Source: Gemmatimonadota bacterium (GTDB taxonomy: Bacteria; Gemmatimonadota; Gemmatimonadetes; Gemmatimonadales; GWC2-71-9). From it: a stretch of DNA of 60,327 nucleotides. How positions within the stretch are numbered: position 1 is the stretch's first letter; every line of letters starts with the position of its first letter. This document shows positions 9,777 to 20,116 of this stretch, piece by piece. The notes beneath the pieces were generated by a model. That model saw only the letters and a program-made list of their open reading frames with translations. It ran no database searches and had not been told where the DNA came from. Location of the stretch: contig JANXXJ010000044.1 in assembly GCA_025350665.1 (NCBI GenBank), forward strand, positions 1 to 60,327, given 5' to 3'. A program made the position numbers and the translations under genes.

Positions 9777-10691
9777 ATGACCGAGACCTCACAAAAGCTG
9801 AGCGTCTGCCGACCGCTGGCGCCGCTCGACTACCTCACCCTTCTCTACACGGCGGGGTCCTTCCTGATTCTGACCGTGCAATCGGTCGGCACGAAGGATC
9901 TGCGCGTCACCACGGTCGAACTCGGCCTCCTGCTGGGCGCCCACATCCTCCTGATCGCCCTGGTGCTGCTGGCTGCGGAGGCCCGTCGCCAGGCGGCGGG
10001 CAGGCCGTCGTTTCTGGCCGAGTGGTATCCACTGGTGGTGTTGACGGCGGTCTATGGATCGGTCGGACTGGTCAACGCACCGAGAGAGGCGGCCGGGCTC
10101 TCCTACGACGCCGTGGTTCAGGGATGGGAGGCCGCGACGTTCGGACGGCAGGTGGCCCACGAGTGGAGTCGCGATCCCAACTCGACCGCGGTGTCCTGGC
10201 CGCTGTCGCTCTCCTACCTGGCGTTCTTTCCAGTCCTGATCGCCGCCCCGGCAATGCTCTGGTGGCGCAAACGGCACGAATGCGCCCGCCAGATGATCTT
10301 CGGGATCACCCTCACGTTCTTCAGCTGCTACATCCTGTTTCTGCTCTTCCCGGTCGCGGGCCCGCCCTACCTGTGGGGCTGGCCCCTGGACCCGCGCCAC
10401 ACCGGGCTGCCTGCCCGCATGGTCCAGGACCTGATCGATCGCGGCGATTCCTGGGGATCGGCGTTTCCGTCGAGCCACGTCGCCGCGTCGATGGCGGCCG
10501 CCATGTTGGGGCTCCGGATGTGGCGGCCGCTCGGCCTCATGCTCGTGCCGGTAGCCGTGGCGATCTGTATCGGCGTGGTGTACTTCCAGGTCCACTATGC
10601 CATCGATGCGTTGGCCGGGGCCGGGATCGCGGTGGTCACCACAATGATGACCCGGCGGGTGTGGACGGCGCGACGGGCGGCCGCGGCCTGA
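9777..10691 (+). CDS. PAP2-superfamily membrane phosphatase/phosphotransferase (IPC-synthase-like)
   Basis: Multiple TM helices, FPVAGP, AFPSSHVA, VHYAID. Confidence 0.85.
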   Translation: MTETSQKLSVCRPLAPLDYLTLLYTAGSFLILTVQSVGTKDLRVTTVELGLLLGAHILLIALVLLAAEARRQAAGRPSFLAEWYPLVVLTAVYGSVGLVNAPREAAGLSYDAVVQGWEAATFGRQVAHEWSRDPNSTAVSWPLSLSYLAFFPVLIAAPAMLWWRKRHECARQMIFGITLTFFSCYILFLLFPVAGPPYLWGWPLDPRHTGLPARMVQDLIDRGDSWGSAFPSSHVAASMAAAMLGLRMWRPLGLMLVPVAVAICIGVVYFQVHYAIDALAGAGIAVVTTMMTRRVWTARRAAAA

Positions 10692-10703
10692 CTTTGCCGC
10701 GGT

Positions 10704-12596
10704 TCACCCGCCGGCAGCAATTTTTTCGAGCGCCTCCCACCGTGCCGTCGCGGCGACAAGTCCGGCGTCGATCGTAGCCAGACGAGCCTTCGCCGCTCCC
10801 ACCGCCGCACCGTCACGCAACACCGCCGGGTCGGCGAGAGACCGGAACACCTCGTCCCGCTCCTTCTCCATCGCCTCGATCCGGTCGGGCAGCCCTTCGA
10901 GCTCCCGGGTCTCCTTGAACGACAGCCCCTTCTTCTTTCGCGCGGCCCCGTCGGACTGATCGGCCTTCTTCGCCGGCGGCCTGGCCGGTGCGGTCGCCGC
11001 CTTCGTGGTTTGACGAACCCAGTCCTGGTAGCCGCCGGCGTATTCACCGATCCGGCCCCCTCCCTCCATCACCAGCGTGCTGGTCACCACGTTGTCGAGA
11101 AAGGCCCGATCGTGGCTCACGACCAGCAACGTGCCCGAATACTCGATCAGGAGCTCCTCGAGGAGATCGAGGGTTTCGATGTCGAGATCGTTGGTCGGCT
11201 CGTCGAGCGCCAGGAGATTGAAGGATCGGGTGAACAGTCGGGCCAGGAGCAGCCGATTCCGCTCGCCGCCGGACAGGGTGCGGACCGGCGTCCGGGACCG
11301 TTCGGGAGAGAACAGAAAATCCTGGAGATAGCCCAGAACGTGACGGCGATTGGGGCCGATGTCGACGTGATCGGCGCCGCCTGCAATGCTGTTAAACACG
11401 CTCTGATCGGGGTCGAGCTGCTCCCGGAGCTGATCGAAGTAGGCGATCTCCAAACCGGTGCCATGACGGATCACCCCGGTATCGGGAGGCAGTTCCCCCA
11501 ACAGCAGCCGGAGCAACGTGGTCTTGCCTGACCCGTTGGGGCCGATCAGGCCGACCCGGTCGCCCCGCGCGATTGTGGTGGTAAGGCCTTTGACGATCGG
11601 CCGGTCGCCGTGGGAGAAACCCAGGTTCTCGGTTTCGATCACCAGCCGGCCCGAGCGTTCCGCCTCCTGGGCCTGCATCCGAACCGTGCCAACCCGGTCG
11701 CGGCGGGCCCGCCGTTCGAGGCGGAGGGCCTCGAGGGCCCGGACCCGGCCCTCGTTGCGGGTTCGCCGCGCCTTGATGCCGGTCCGGATCCAGACCTCCT
11801 CCCGGGCCAGCTTCTTGTCGAACAGCGCCCATTCCCGCTCCTCATTGGCGAGCGAGGCTTCCTTCCGCTCGAGGAAGGTGTCGTAGTTCGCCGCCCAGTC
11901 GGTCAGGCGGCCACGATCGAGTTCGATGACGCGGGTGGCGAGGCGCCGCAGGAAGGCCCGATCGTGGGTGACGAACAGCAGGGTGATACCGCGCTCGATC
12001 AGATAGCCCTCCATCCACTCGATCGCCTCGACGTCGAGATGGTTGGTGGGCTCGTCGAGCAGGAGCACGTCGGGCTCGCGGATCAGGGCCCGGGCCAGCA
12101 GGGTCTGCCGGCGCCGGCCGCCCGACGCCGCGAGGAACTCGGCATCGGGATCGAGTCCCAGGTGGGACAGCACGGTTTCGACCCGGGTCTGGAGCTGCCA
12201 GGCCCCGCTGGCGTCGAGTTGATGATGGAGCCGGTCCATGTCGGCCAGCGCCTGGTCTCCGCCGCCGTGGCCGACCCGGATCGTGGCTTCGTGATAGCGG
12301 GCCAGCAGGGTGCCGGCCTCGCCGAGCCCCCCGGCGGCCACGTCGAAGATCGTGCCCACGAGGTCGAGCGGAATATCCTGCTCCAGGCGGGACACCTGGA
12401 GCCGGCTCTGCCGGACCACCAGCCCCGAGTCGGGCTCGATGGTGCCGTCCATCAGCTTCATGAGCGTGCTCTTCCCCGCCCCGTTCCGCCCCAGCAGCGC
12501 GACCCGCTCGCCCCGATCCAGGGAGAAGGTTGCCCGGTCGAGGATCGGCGGACCGCCGAACGCCACGGTCACTTCCTGCATGCCTAACAATGCCAC
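10704..12596 (-). CDS. uup: ABC-F family ATPase (Uup-like)
   Basis: Two ABC cassettes (GRNGAGKST, GPNGSGKTT; LDEPTN twice), linker GIKARRTRNEGRVRAL, C-terminal coiled coil, no TM segments. Confidence 0.9.
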   Translation of the reverse strand: MALLGMQEVTVAFGGPPILDRATFSLDRGERVALLGRNGAGKSTLMKLMDGTIEPDSGLVVRQSRLQVSRLEQDIPLDLVGTIFDVAAGGLGEAGTLLARYHEATIRVGHGGGDQALADMDRLHHQLDASGAWQLQTRVETVLSHLGLDPDAEFLAASGGRRRQTLLARALIREPDVLLLDEPTNHLDVEAIEWMEGYLIERGITLLFVTHDRAFLRRLATRVIELDRGRLTDWAANYDTFLERKEASLANEEREWALFDKKLAREEVWIRTGIKARRTRNEGRVRALEALRLERRARRDRVGTVRMQAQEAERSGRLVIETENLGFSHGDRPIVKGLTTTIARGDRVGLIGPNGSGKTTLLRLLLGELPPDTGVIRHGTGLEIAYFDQLREQLDPDQSVFNSIAGGADHVDIGPNRRHVLGYLQDFLFSPERSRTPVRTLSGGERNRLLLARLFTRSFNLLALDEPTNDLDIETLDLLEELLIEYSGTLLVVSHDRAFLDNVVTSTLVMEGGGRIGEYAGGYQDWVRQTTKAATAPARPPAKKADQSDGAARKKKGLSFKETRELEGLPDRIEAMEKERDEVFRSLADPAVLRDGAAVGAAKARLATIDAGLVAATARWEALEKIAAGG

Positions 12597-12634
12597 GGTC
12601 GTCCCGCCCGTTTCGCTCTGAGTTAGTTTTGGGG

Positions 12635-13186
12635 ATGGCGCTCACCGCAACCATCTACACCTTCGACATCCAGCTCGCCGACACCGACCGCGGCGTCTAC
12701 GAGAAGCTGTCCCTACGGATCGCCTGCCACCCCTCGGAAACCGAGGAATCCCTGCTGACCCGGATGCTGGCCTACTGCCTCGAATACGGCGAGGGCATCG
12801 CCTTCTCCGCCGGCGTCTCCGACGGCACCGAACCCGCCATCGCCATCAAGGATCTGACCGGCGGGTGGCGGGCCTGGATCGACGTCGGCTACCCCGACGC
12901 CGCCCGGCTCCATCGAGCCAGCAAACTGGCGCCCCGGGTGGCCGTCTACATCCACAAGGATCCGTCCATCCTGCTCCGCCAGCTGGCCGACGAACGGATC
13001 CACCGCCGCGACGAGCTGGAACTCTACGCGATGGACCGGACGATGCTCGCCGAGCTGGCGAGTCGCCTGGTCCGGCGGATGGTCCTCGACCTGACGATCG
13101 CGGAGCGGCACCTCTATCTCACCATCGGCAACGACACGCTCACCGGCGAAGTCGTGCGGCTCCCCTACCAGTCGGTCGATCGGTAG
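12635..13186 (+). CDS. yaeQ: YaeQ-family protein
   Basis: MALTATIY...ACHPSET...RMLAYCL...WIDVGYPDAARLHRASK. Confidence 0.9.
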   Translation: MALTATIYTFDIQLADTDRGVYEKLSLRIACHPSETEESLLTRMLAYCLEYGEGIAFSAGVSDGTEPAIAIKDLTGGWRAWIDVGYPDAARLHRASKLAPRVAVYIHKDPSILLRQLADERIHRRDELELYAMDRTMLAELASRLVRRMVLDLTIAERHLYLTIGNDTLTGEVVRLPYQSVDR

Positions 13187-14715
13187 TTCTTGAGGAACTG
13201 ACCCCAGACGTGGGTCCCGGTGTTGAACCCGTCGATGATCGGGTCGACGATCCGGGCCGCCCCGTCGACGATGTCGAGCGGGGGATGGAAACGGTGCTCG
13301 GCGATCTTCCGGGCTGCCAGCACTTCGGGATCCTCGTCCGTGACCCAGCCGGTGTCCACCGCGTTCATGTGGATCCCATCGTGGAAATAATCGGTGGCCG
13401 AGGTCCGCGTCATCATGTTGAGCGCGGCCTTGGCCATGTTGGTGTGCGGATGCCGCGTGGTCTTGAAGCGACGGTAGAACTGGCCCTCCACGGCCGACAC
13501 GTTGACGATGTGCTTGTCCCGTTCGGGCGTCCTGAGCATGAGCGGCTTGAGCCTGGCGTTCAGGATGAACGGTGCCACCGCGTTCACCAGGTGCACCTCC
13601 AGCAATTCCACCGTCGGCACCTCCGCCATCACCAGCCGCCACGAGTTCCGGTCACGCAAATCCACCTGCTGGAGATCCTGATCGAGACGCCCCTCCGGGA
13701 ACAGCGCCTGCTGGGCCGCGATCTCCTCGGGCAGGAGTTTCACTTGCGAGAGCTCGGCCGCCCGGGTCAAGCCGATTACGTGGGTCGCGTCCTTCGGCAG
13801 TGGCGCCCCCGACGCGCCGGCCTCGGGCAGCATGTGATAGCCGCGAAGCCCCTCATATGCGCCGAGCAGGCGGCGGGCCGCCGGGGGCAGCTCGGCCGCC
13901 GACCCGGCCTCGGCCGCCATCATGTGCTGGTAGAACTCCGGCGGACGACGGACCGTCTGGCAGGCGTTGTTGACGATGAAATCGAGCCGGTCCCGGGTCT
14001 CTAAGAGGTGGTGACAGAAGGCCTCGACGCTCGGGGTGTGCCTCAAATCGAGTCCGAAGATCTCGAGCCGGTGGCCCCATTCGGCGAAATCGGATTCCCG
14101 GGCATAGCGGGCCGCTGAATCGCGCGGGAACCGGGTCGTGACGATCAGATGGGCGCCGGCGCGAAGCAGCTTGATCCCCGCCTGGTAGCCGATCTTGACC
14201 CGGCCGCCGGTGAGCAGCGCCACCCGGCCCGAGAGATCGGTCAGCTCGGTTCGCTTCCGAAAATTGAGCGCCGCACAATCGGGGCAGAGCTGATCGTAGA
14301 AATGATGAACCGCAGCGTAGTCCTTCTTGCAGGTGTAGCAGTTCTGCGGCTCGATCGCTTCCCGAAAGTCCGGGTCGTCGACGTCGGACTGACGACGCTC
14401 GGACGGCGGGAAGTAGTTGGGCGTGGTAAAGATCTGCTCACGGCGGAGCTTGCGGATCCCGGTGTCGGCCAGAACATCCTCGATCTTCTGGACCTTGGCA
14501 TTGCGCCGTTCGACCCGCTTTGCCTTGACCACTCGCCGGCGGGCGAGGGCGTCCGGCCGGGAGACCTCACCGGCGAAGCGCAACAGACGGAGCTTGGTAT
14601 CGGGATCGAGATCGGTGAGGATCTCCCGGTGGTCAGCGATCAGTTCCAGAATGTCGGCGGCTGCCCGGGCCCGGTCGGCGATCGGGACGGATTCGGTAAT
14701 GGTTTCATCGGTCAT
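13165..14715 (-). CDS. Atypical SDR-family oxidoreductase with N-terminal CxxC...CxxC domain
   Basis: ALLTGGRVKIG, IVNNA, IVNVS, HPHTNMAKAALN; CYTCK...LCPDC upstream of the Rossmann fold. Confidence 0.85.
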   Translation of the reverse strand: MTDETITESVPIADRARAAADILELIADHREILTDLDPDTKLRLLRFAGEVSRPDALARRRVVKAKRVERRNAKVQKIEDVLADTGIRKLRREQIFTTPNYFPPSERRQSDVDDPDFREAIEPQNCYTCKKDYAAVHHFYDQLCPDCAALNFRKRTELTDLSGRVALLTGGRVKIGYQAGIKLLRAGAHLIVTTRFPRDSAARYARESDFAEWGHRLEIFGLDLRHTPSVEAFCHHLLETRDRLDFIVNNACQTVRRPPEFYQHMMAAEAGSAAELPPAARRLLGAYEGLRGYHMLPEAGASGAPLPKDATHVIGLTRAAELSQVKLLPEEIAAQQALFPEGRLDQDLQQVDLRDRNSWRLVMAEVPTVELLEVHLVNAVAPFILNARLKPLMLRTPERDKHIVNVSAVEGQFYRRFKTTRHPHTNMAKAALNMMTRTSATDYFHDGIHMNAVDTGWVTDEDPEVLAARKIAEHRFHPPLDIVDGAARIVDPIIDGFNTGTHVWGQFLKNYRSTDW

Positions 14716-14843
14716 ACGTGGCGCCAAACATAAGGGAGTCGGTCAGAATCCCGGCCTTGTTCGGCGGACCCACCCCGCAAGGCGCCCGGTCGATCTGGCC
14801 GGGCCCTCGCAATGGCGGTGTTCGATCGTGCAGAGACACGATT

Positions 14844-16142
14844 TCAGTGGAACTGGGCGGTCTCCGTCGACCCGGCCAACGCCGTCGTCGATGACGCCCC
14901 GCCGCTCACCACCTGGGCCACCTCGTCGAAATACCCAGTCCCGACCTCGCGCTGGTGCCGGGTCGCGGTGTACCCGTTCGCCTCCGACGCGAACTCGGCC
15001 CGCTGCAACTCGGCGTAGGCCGTCATCCCCCGATCGGCGTAGCCCCGGGCCAATTCGAACATTCCGTGGTTCAGGGCGTGGAATCCGGCCAGCGTGACGA
15101 ACTGGAACTTGTACCCCATCGCGCCCAACTCACGCTGGAAGCGCGCGATCGTCGCCGCATCGAGCTTCTTCTCCCAGTTGAAACTGGGCGAGCAGTTGTA
15201 GGCCAGCATCTTCCCCGGGAACTTGGTCCGGATCGCCTCGGCGAACCGGCGGGCCTCCTCGAGGTCCGGGGTCGAGGTCTCGCACCAGATCAGGTCCGCG
15301 ATCGGCGCGTAGGCGAGGCCGCGGGCAATCGCCTGGTCGAGGCCGGCCCGAACCCGGAAGAATCCCTCGGCGGTCCGCTCGCCAGTCAGGAACGGCTGGT
15401 CCCGTTCGTCCACATCGGTGGTGATCAGCGAGGCGCCGTTCGCGTCAGTCCGGGCGACCAGGATGGTCGGCACGCCCTCGACGTCGGCCGCGAGCCGCGC
15501 GGCGATCAGGTTCCGAAGCGCAGCCTGGGTGGGAATCAGCACCTTGCCGCCGAGGTGGCCGCACTTCTTCTCGCTGGCCAACTGGTCTTCGAAATGAACT
15601 CCGGCCGCACCGGCTTCGATCATCGCCTTCATCAGCTCGAAGCAGTTGAGCGGCCCGCCGAACCCGGCTTCGGCGTCGGCCACGATCGGCGCGAACCAAT
15701 GGACCCCGGACGTCTTGCCTTCGGCATGCTCGATCTGGTCGGCCCGCTGGAGCGTCTGATTGATCCGTTTCACCACCATCGGGACGCTGTTGGCGGGGTA
15801 GAGGCTCTGGTCGGGATACATCTGGCCGGCCAGATTCGCGTCGGCCGCCACCTGCCATCCGGACAAATAGATCGCCTGGAGGCCGGCCCGGACCTGCTGC
15901 ATCGCCTGGTTCCCGGTCAGGGCGCCGAGGGCGTGGACATAGTCCCGTCGCTGGAGGAGATCCCAGAGCCGCTCGGCACCGAGGCGTGCAAGCGTGTGCT
16001 CGACTTGAACCGAGCCCCGAAGCCGGAGGACGTCCTCGGGCTCGTACGGCCGTTCAATGCCCCGCCAGCGGGCACTCGCCCGCCAGTCGTCGCGCAGGCC
16101 GGCGGCGCTGCCGTACGTGGTCGTCTCGATACGGTCGATCAT
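14844..16142 (-). CDS. aceA: Isocitrate lyase
   Basis: KKCGHLGGK signature, [39 protein letters not shown]. Confidence 0.98.
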   Translation of the reverse strand: MIDRIETTTYGSAAGLRDDWRASARWRGIERPYEPEDVLRLRGSVQVEHTLARLGAERLWDLLQRRDYVHALGALTGNQAMQQVRAGLQAIYLSGWQVAADANLAGQMYPDQSLYPANSVPMVVKRINQTLQRADQIEHAEGKTSGVHWFAPIVADAEAGFGGPLNCFELMKAMIEAGAAGVHFEDQLASEKKCGHLGGKVLIPTQAALRNLIAARLAADVEGVPTILVARTDANGASLITTDVDERDQPFLTGERTAEGFFRVRAGLDQAIARGLAYAPIADLIWCETSTPDLEEARRFAEAIRTKFPGKMLAYNCSPSFNWEKKLDAATIARFQRELGAMGYKFQFVTLAGFHALNHGMFELARGYADRGMTAYAELQRAEFASEANGYTATRHQREVGTGYFDEVAQVVSGGASSTTALAGSTETAQFH

Positions 16143-16167
16143 AAGCCACTCTCTCTCGTCTGAAAGG

Positions 16168-17703
16168 TCAGACCGGGTCGTGCTGCCCGGCCACAATCAT
16201 CGTTTCGCTCTGCCGGCGGGCTTCGACCAGCCGGCGGCGGTCCTCGTCATCGGAGCAGCCGCCCAACAGCGCGCCGAGTTCCTCGTCATACAACCGGGTC
16301 AGAAACTCGGGAGTGTGCGGCACCGGGTGTCCAGACTCGTCAGCCACCTCCACTCGGTCCCGATGCTGAACCCGCTGCGCCAGCATCAGCCGGTAGATCC
16401 GGTCGGTCGCAAGGTCTTCCATGTAACCCTCGATCAGGCTGGCCCCCCGACCCGCCAGGACCCCGGCCCGGTATTGAATCGTGACCCGGGCGGCAGCCCG
16501 CGATCCCGCCACCGTATGGCGGCCGACGCCGGCCGGACCCGGCCGGAGGTCGGGATACCGCGCGATGCCCTCGGGACGAGTCATCCCCTGGTTCGGTATC
16601 GGGAACTGGGCCACCGCCACGGCATTCTGGTCCGGGTGTCCAGTCCAGGCACCGTCCATCAGCGCGTTCGCCTCATTCCGCTTGTCGGTTTCCAGCACCG
16701 TCATCGCCCGGGCGTTGAGCTCGGGATCGGTTCGGCTCGGAAAGAGGGCCGTCATTCCGCCGATCGCCAGCGCGCCTCGGCGGTGGCAGATCTCGGGCAG
16801 GAGCACCCGCAGCCGTTGGAAGAACGGAACGTCGTGGGGGATGGTATTGCGATCGGGCAACACCCACGCGGCGTCGGGAAGGTTGAAGTGGATGAGACTC
16901 GCCAGGTAGTCCCAACGACCGAGGTTGAGTCCGAGGACGTGGTCGCGCAGATGGTAGAGGAATTCCTCCATCTGATAGGCCATCGGGTGCGACTCGACCA
17001 GCGCCATGCACTTGATCGCGTCGGCCGGAAGCCCGCGGTCCGCGGCCAGGCGGCGGAACACGTCCCGCCACCACAGCGCCTCCTCCGCCGACTCCGATTT
17101 CGGGATATAGATCGCGATCGGATGGCGGAGGCGGCCCGGATCCACCTGGTGGACCAGGAGGGCCAGGTCGAACAGCGAGGCCGAGGTCGTCTCTTCCGGC
17201 ACGATCCCGGTCTGGCCGAGGTGCAACCCCCGCACCCGGACCCAGACAACCACGCCGCTCGGCTTGATCCCCACCTCCCGGCCGCGGTTCTGGTCGGCAT
17301 AGGCGAGGGTACCGTGGAGAGCGCCGACCGCATTGGCATGACCGCGGACCGTGTTGTCCCAGCCGTTGGCCATCGAGTCTTCCAGATCAATCATCACGCC
17401 GGGCGCGCCGGAGTTGAGCATCTTGACCACGAGCTCGGCGTCATCGGCCGGGCCGGTCATCTGGTTTCGCTGGTCGGCACACCAGTCCGGGAGGCGGATG
17501 GCCCAATCGCCGGCGGTGGCCTCGGACGGCGCCAGGTGGTCAGGCCGGGTGCCACGGTGGGACTGTTCGAGCACCCGGGCCCGGACGGCGACCAGGGCCC
17601 GTTGCCGCGGAGCAAAGGCCCGGTGCAGATCGAGATACCGGTCGAAGAAGCCGGGCGGAAGATCCCGGCGCGGGTCGAATCCGGCGGGGGGACGGTTAGG
17701 CAT
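16168..17703 (-). CDS. aceB: Malate synthase (A-type, compact form)
   Basis: [38 protein letters not shown]; directly upstream of aceA. Confidence 0.9.
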   Translation of the reverse strand: MPNRPPAGFDPRRDLPPGFFDRYLDLHRAFAPRQRALVAVRARVLEQSHRGTRPDHLAPSEATAGDWAIRLPDWCADQRNQMTGPADDAELVVKMLNSGAPGVMIDLEDSMANGWDNTVRGHANAVGALHGTLAYADQNRGREVGIKPSGVVVWVRVRGLHLGQTGIVPEETTSASLFDLALLVHQVDPGRLRHPIAIYIPKSESAEEALWWRDVFRRLAADRGLPADAIKCMALVESHPMAYQMEEFLYHLRDHVLGLNLGRWDYLASLIHFNLPDAAWVLPDRNTIPHDVPFFQRLRVLLPEICHRRGALAIGGMTALFPSRTDPELNARAMTVLETDKRNEANALMDGAWTGHPDQNAVAVAQFPIPNQGMTRPEGIARYPDLRPGPAGVGRHTVAGSRAAARVTIQYRAGVLAGRGASLIEGYMEDLATDRIYRLMLAQRVQHRDRVEVADESGHPVPHTPEFLTRLYDEELGALLGGCSDDEDRRRLVEARRQSETMIVAGQHDPV

Positions 17704-17797
17704 CGCGGCTCGTCTCGGGTATCGGCTCCAGGAACTTCCGGACGGACCGGTCGGTCACGTCCCGGACAAGCCTAGTCGGCGGCCCCCGATCGAGTCA

Positions 17798-17838
17798 AGC
17801 GAATTTTCGCTGTTGAATTGATTTTCGCTGAGAGCGAA
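17798..17838. promoter_or_regulatory. Putative operator array between aceB and the divergent regulator
   Basis: Palindrome AGCGAA-TT-TTCGCT (17798-17811), direct repeat ATTTTCGCTG (17803 and 17821), and TTCGCT-GAG-AGCGAA (17824-17838) in an AT-rich intergenic patch. Confidence 0.6.
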
Positions 17839-17879
17839 TGTAGGTTCGCGCAGCCCCTTCGCCCCCGGCGGCATCCCGC

Positions 17880-19391
17880 ATGACCACCACGACCCATCTC
17901 CGGACCATGTTCGGGGTCAAACTCTCCCGGCTCCGCGACGCCCGCCGGCTCTCGCAAACCGCGCTGGCCCAGCGGGCCCGGCTCTCGGTGTCGTACCTGG
18001 CCGAGATCGAAGCCGGCAAGAAATATCCCCGAACCGAGAAGATGCTGGCCCTCGCGGAGGCGCTCGGCGTCGGGTATGACGAGCTGGTCTCATCCCAGGT
18101 CGACGCCGAATTCGCGCCGCTCAAGGGCTTCCTCGATTCACCGGTGCTGCAGAGCTTTCCGTTCGAGCGGTTCGGCCTTCCCCGCGAACAACTCGTCCAC
18201 CTCCTGGCCCGATCGCCTCACGAGGTCGCGGCACTCCTCCGGACCGTGAACGACGTGGCCCGCCAGTACAACATCGGCGTCGAGCATTTCCTCCACGCCG
18301 CGCTCCGGTCCTATCAGGAACTGACCGGCAACTACTATCCTGATCTCGAAGCCGCCGCGGCCGCCCTGTCGGCGGAGATCGCCGGTCACGGCGGCCCCTC
18401 GACCTCGTTGGCCACCAGGCTCGAACGCTGGATCGAGGCCAACCTGCACCTCACCGTCGACGAGAAGACCCTCAGCCGGCCGTCGCCCCTTGGCGGGCTC
18501 CGGTCGGTACGGGTCGATCCCGGAGGTCGGCTGCTCCTCAATCCGAAGTTGGGACCGTCTCAGCGCGCCTTCACGCTCGCCCGCGAGGCCGCCTTTCATC
18601 GCCTGGCGCTCACACCCCGGTCACCGGTGTCGCCCCCGGACGCGAACGGGTCGTTCGATCAGGTGCTCAACGATTTCAAGGCCTCGTACGTCGCCGGCGC
18701 GATCGTGCTCCCCCGGGCGGCTCTGGTGGCCGACCTCAAGCGCTGGTTCAAACAGGCCCGCTGGCATCCCGGCGACCTGCTGGCGTTGATGGACAAGTAC
18801 CAGGTCACGGCCGAGACCCTCCTCTATCGCCTCAGTGAATTGGCGCCGGGCGAGTTCGGCCTCAAGGTTCATTTCCTGAAGTTCCGTTCGGTCGAGGGGA
18901 CGTTCCGGCTCGAGAAGCAGCTCAATCTTTCCAACCTGCCGGTGCCGCCCGGCCATGGCGGCGGCGAGCACTACTGCCGGCGGTGGCTGACCACGCGCCT
19001 GTTGACCGACCTCGCGGTCCGTCACCATCGCCACCCCCGGAAGGGCCCGCCCCCGGCACCCGAAATCGGGGTCCAGATCTCCCGCTTCCCCGACGACGTC
19101 AGCGAATATTTCTGTCTTGGTTTGGCGTTCCTGGCACCGATCGGTCCGCCCGATCCCGTTAGCCTGACGATCGGTTTCCGGATCGACGACCAGTTCAGAA
19201 GAACCGTCCGGTTCGCCGCCGACCGGACGGTTCCGCGGGCCCTGATCAGCTCGACCTGCGAACGATGTCCGCTCGACGCCGAAGCCTGCCACGACCGGGT
19301 GGCGCCGCCAACCATGGTCGAGCTGGCGCGCACCCGCGAGGAACAGCGCCGGGCCCTCGCGGCGATCCTCAGGCCGGACCAGCCGACCTGA
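17880..19391 (+). CDS. XRE-family regulator of the RamB/PccR/PrpR (ScfR)-like type
   Basis: N-terminal HTH (LSVSYLAEIEAGKKYP), central IrrE/DUF955-like region, EHYCRRW and C-terminal TCERCPL...C; divergent from the glyoxylate shunt genes. Confidence 0.85.
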   Translation: MTTTTHLRTMFGVKLSRLRDARRLSQTALAQRARLSVSYLAEIEAGKKYPRTEKMLALAEALGVGYDELVSSQVDAEFAPLKGFLDSPVLQSFPFERFGLPREQLVHLLARSPHEVAALLRTVNDVARQYNIGVEHFLHAALRSYQELTGNYYPDLEAAAAALSAEIAGHGGPSTSLATRLERWIEANLHLTVDEKTLSRPSPLGGLRSVRVDPGGRLLLNPKLGPSQRAFTLAREAAFHRLALTPRSPVSPPDANGSFDQVLNDFKASYVAGAIVLPRAALVADLKRWFKQARWHPGDLLALMDKYQVTAETLLYRLSELAPGEFGLKVHFLKFRSVEGTFRLEKQLNLSNLPVPPGHGGGEHYCRRWLTTRLLTDLAVRHHRHPRKGPPPAPEIGVQISRFPDDVSEYFCLGLAFLAPIGPPDPVSLTIGFRIDDQFRRTVRFAADRTVPRALISSTCERCPLDAEACHDRVAPPTMVELARTREEQRRALAAILRPDQPT

Positions 19392-19521
19392 CCCCCGTTA
19401 CTTCCGGCCCAGGCCGCCTTCGCGGATCACGGCATGGAGCGCGTCCAGGGCGTCGAGATCGAGTCGCAACCGTTCACCTTCTTCGAAGGAGACACGGTCG
19501 GAAGGAACGAATTCTCCGCGG

Positions 19522-20116
19522 TCAGCGCCGGACGACCCTGAGAATCCTGATCGCCGGGGTGAGGGTCTGGCCCTTGGCCGGGCTCCGCTGAATCGCCTTC
19601 ACGACGCTCATGCCCGACAGGACCCGCCCGAAGGCGGCGAAGCCCTGGCCGTCGGCATTCCGCTTGCCGCCGAAATCCAGTTCCGGCTGGTCGGTGACGC
19701 AGATGAAGAACTGATCCTGCGCGGTGTCGGGACCGCCCCGGGCCATCGACAAGGTCCCGGCCTTGTGCCGGAGTCCGGTCACGCTGGTCCGCTCGAGCGA
19801 AATCGGCGGCAGGCCGTCGGCCGCGCGGGTGGTGTCGCCGGCGGCCTGGATCACTTCGATCTTGACCAGCTTGTCGGGCTGATTGGCCAGCGTCACCGTC
19901 CGATGGAACAGGCCGTGGTCGTAGAAGTGCTTGGCCACGTAGCGGAGAAAGTTCTGACCGGTGATCGGGGCGTGCACGGTATCGATCTCCGCCTCGATCG
20001 CGCCCAGACTGGTTTCGATCCGCACCCGCGGCAGTCTTCTGGGCGTCCACGGTTCCGGCAACGCCGAAGGCGGCGGCCAGAACCAGCAGCTCGAACTTCC
20101 CGGCGGACCCCCGCAT
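19522..20116 (-). pseudogene. Secreted cyclophilin-type peptidyl-prolyl isomerase with one frameshift near 20035
   Basis: Cyclophilin motifs NFLRYV, FHRTV, VIQ, GTLSMAR, QFFI, GFAAFGRV. The signal peptide (ATG 20116, TAATG-coupled) is in another frame; removing one base in CAG AAG A CTG restores AQK-LPRVRIETSLG. Confidence 0.75.

Noticed and set aside
14778..14810. Hairpin downstream of aceA as terminator
   Set aside because: Imperfect stem with no U-tract; not enough support.
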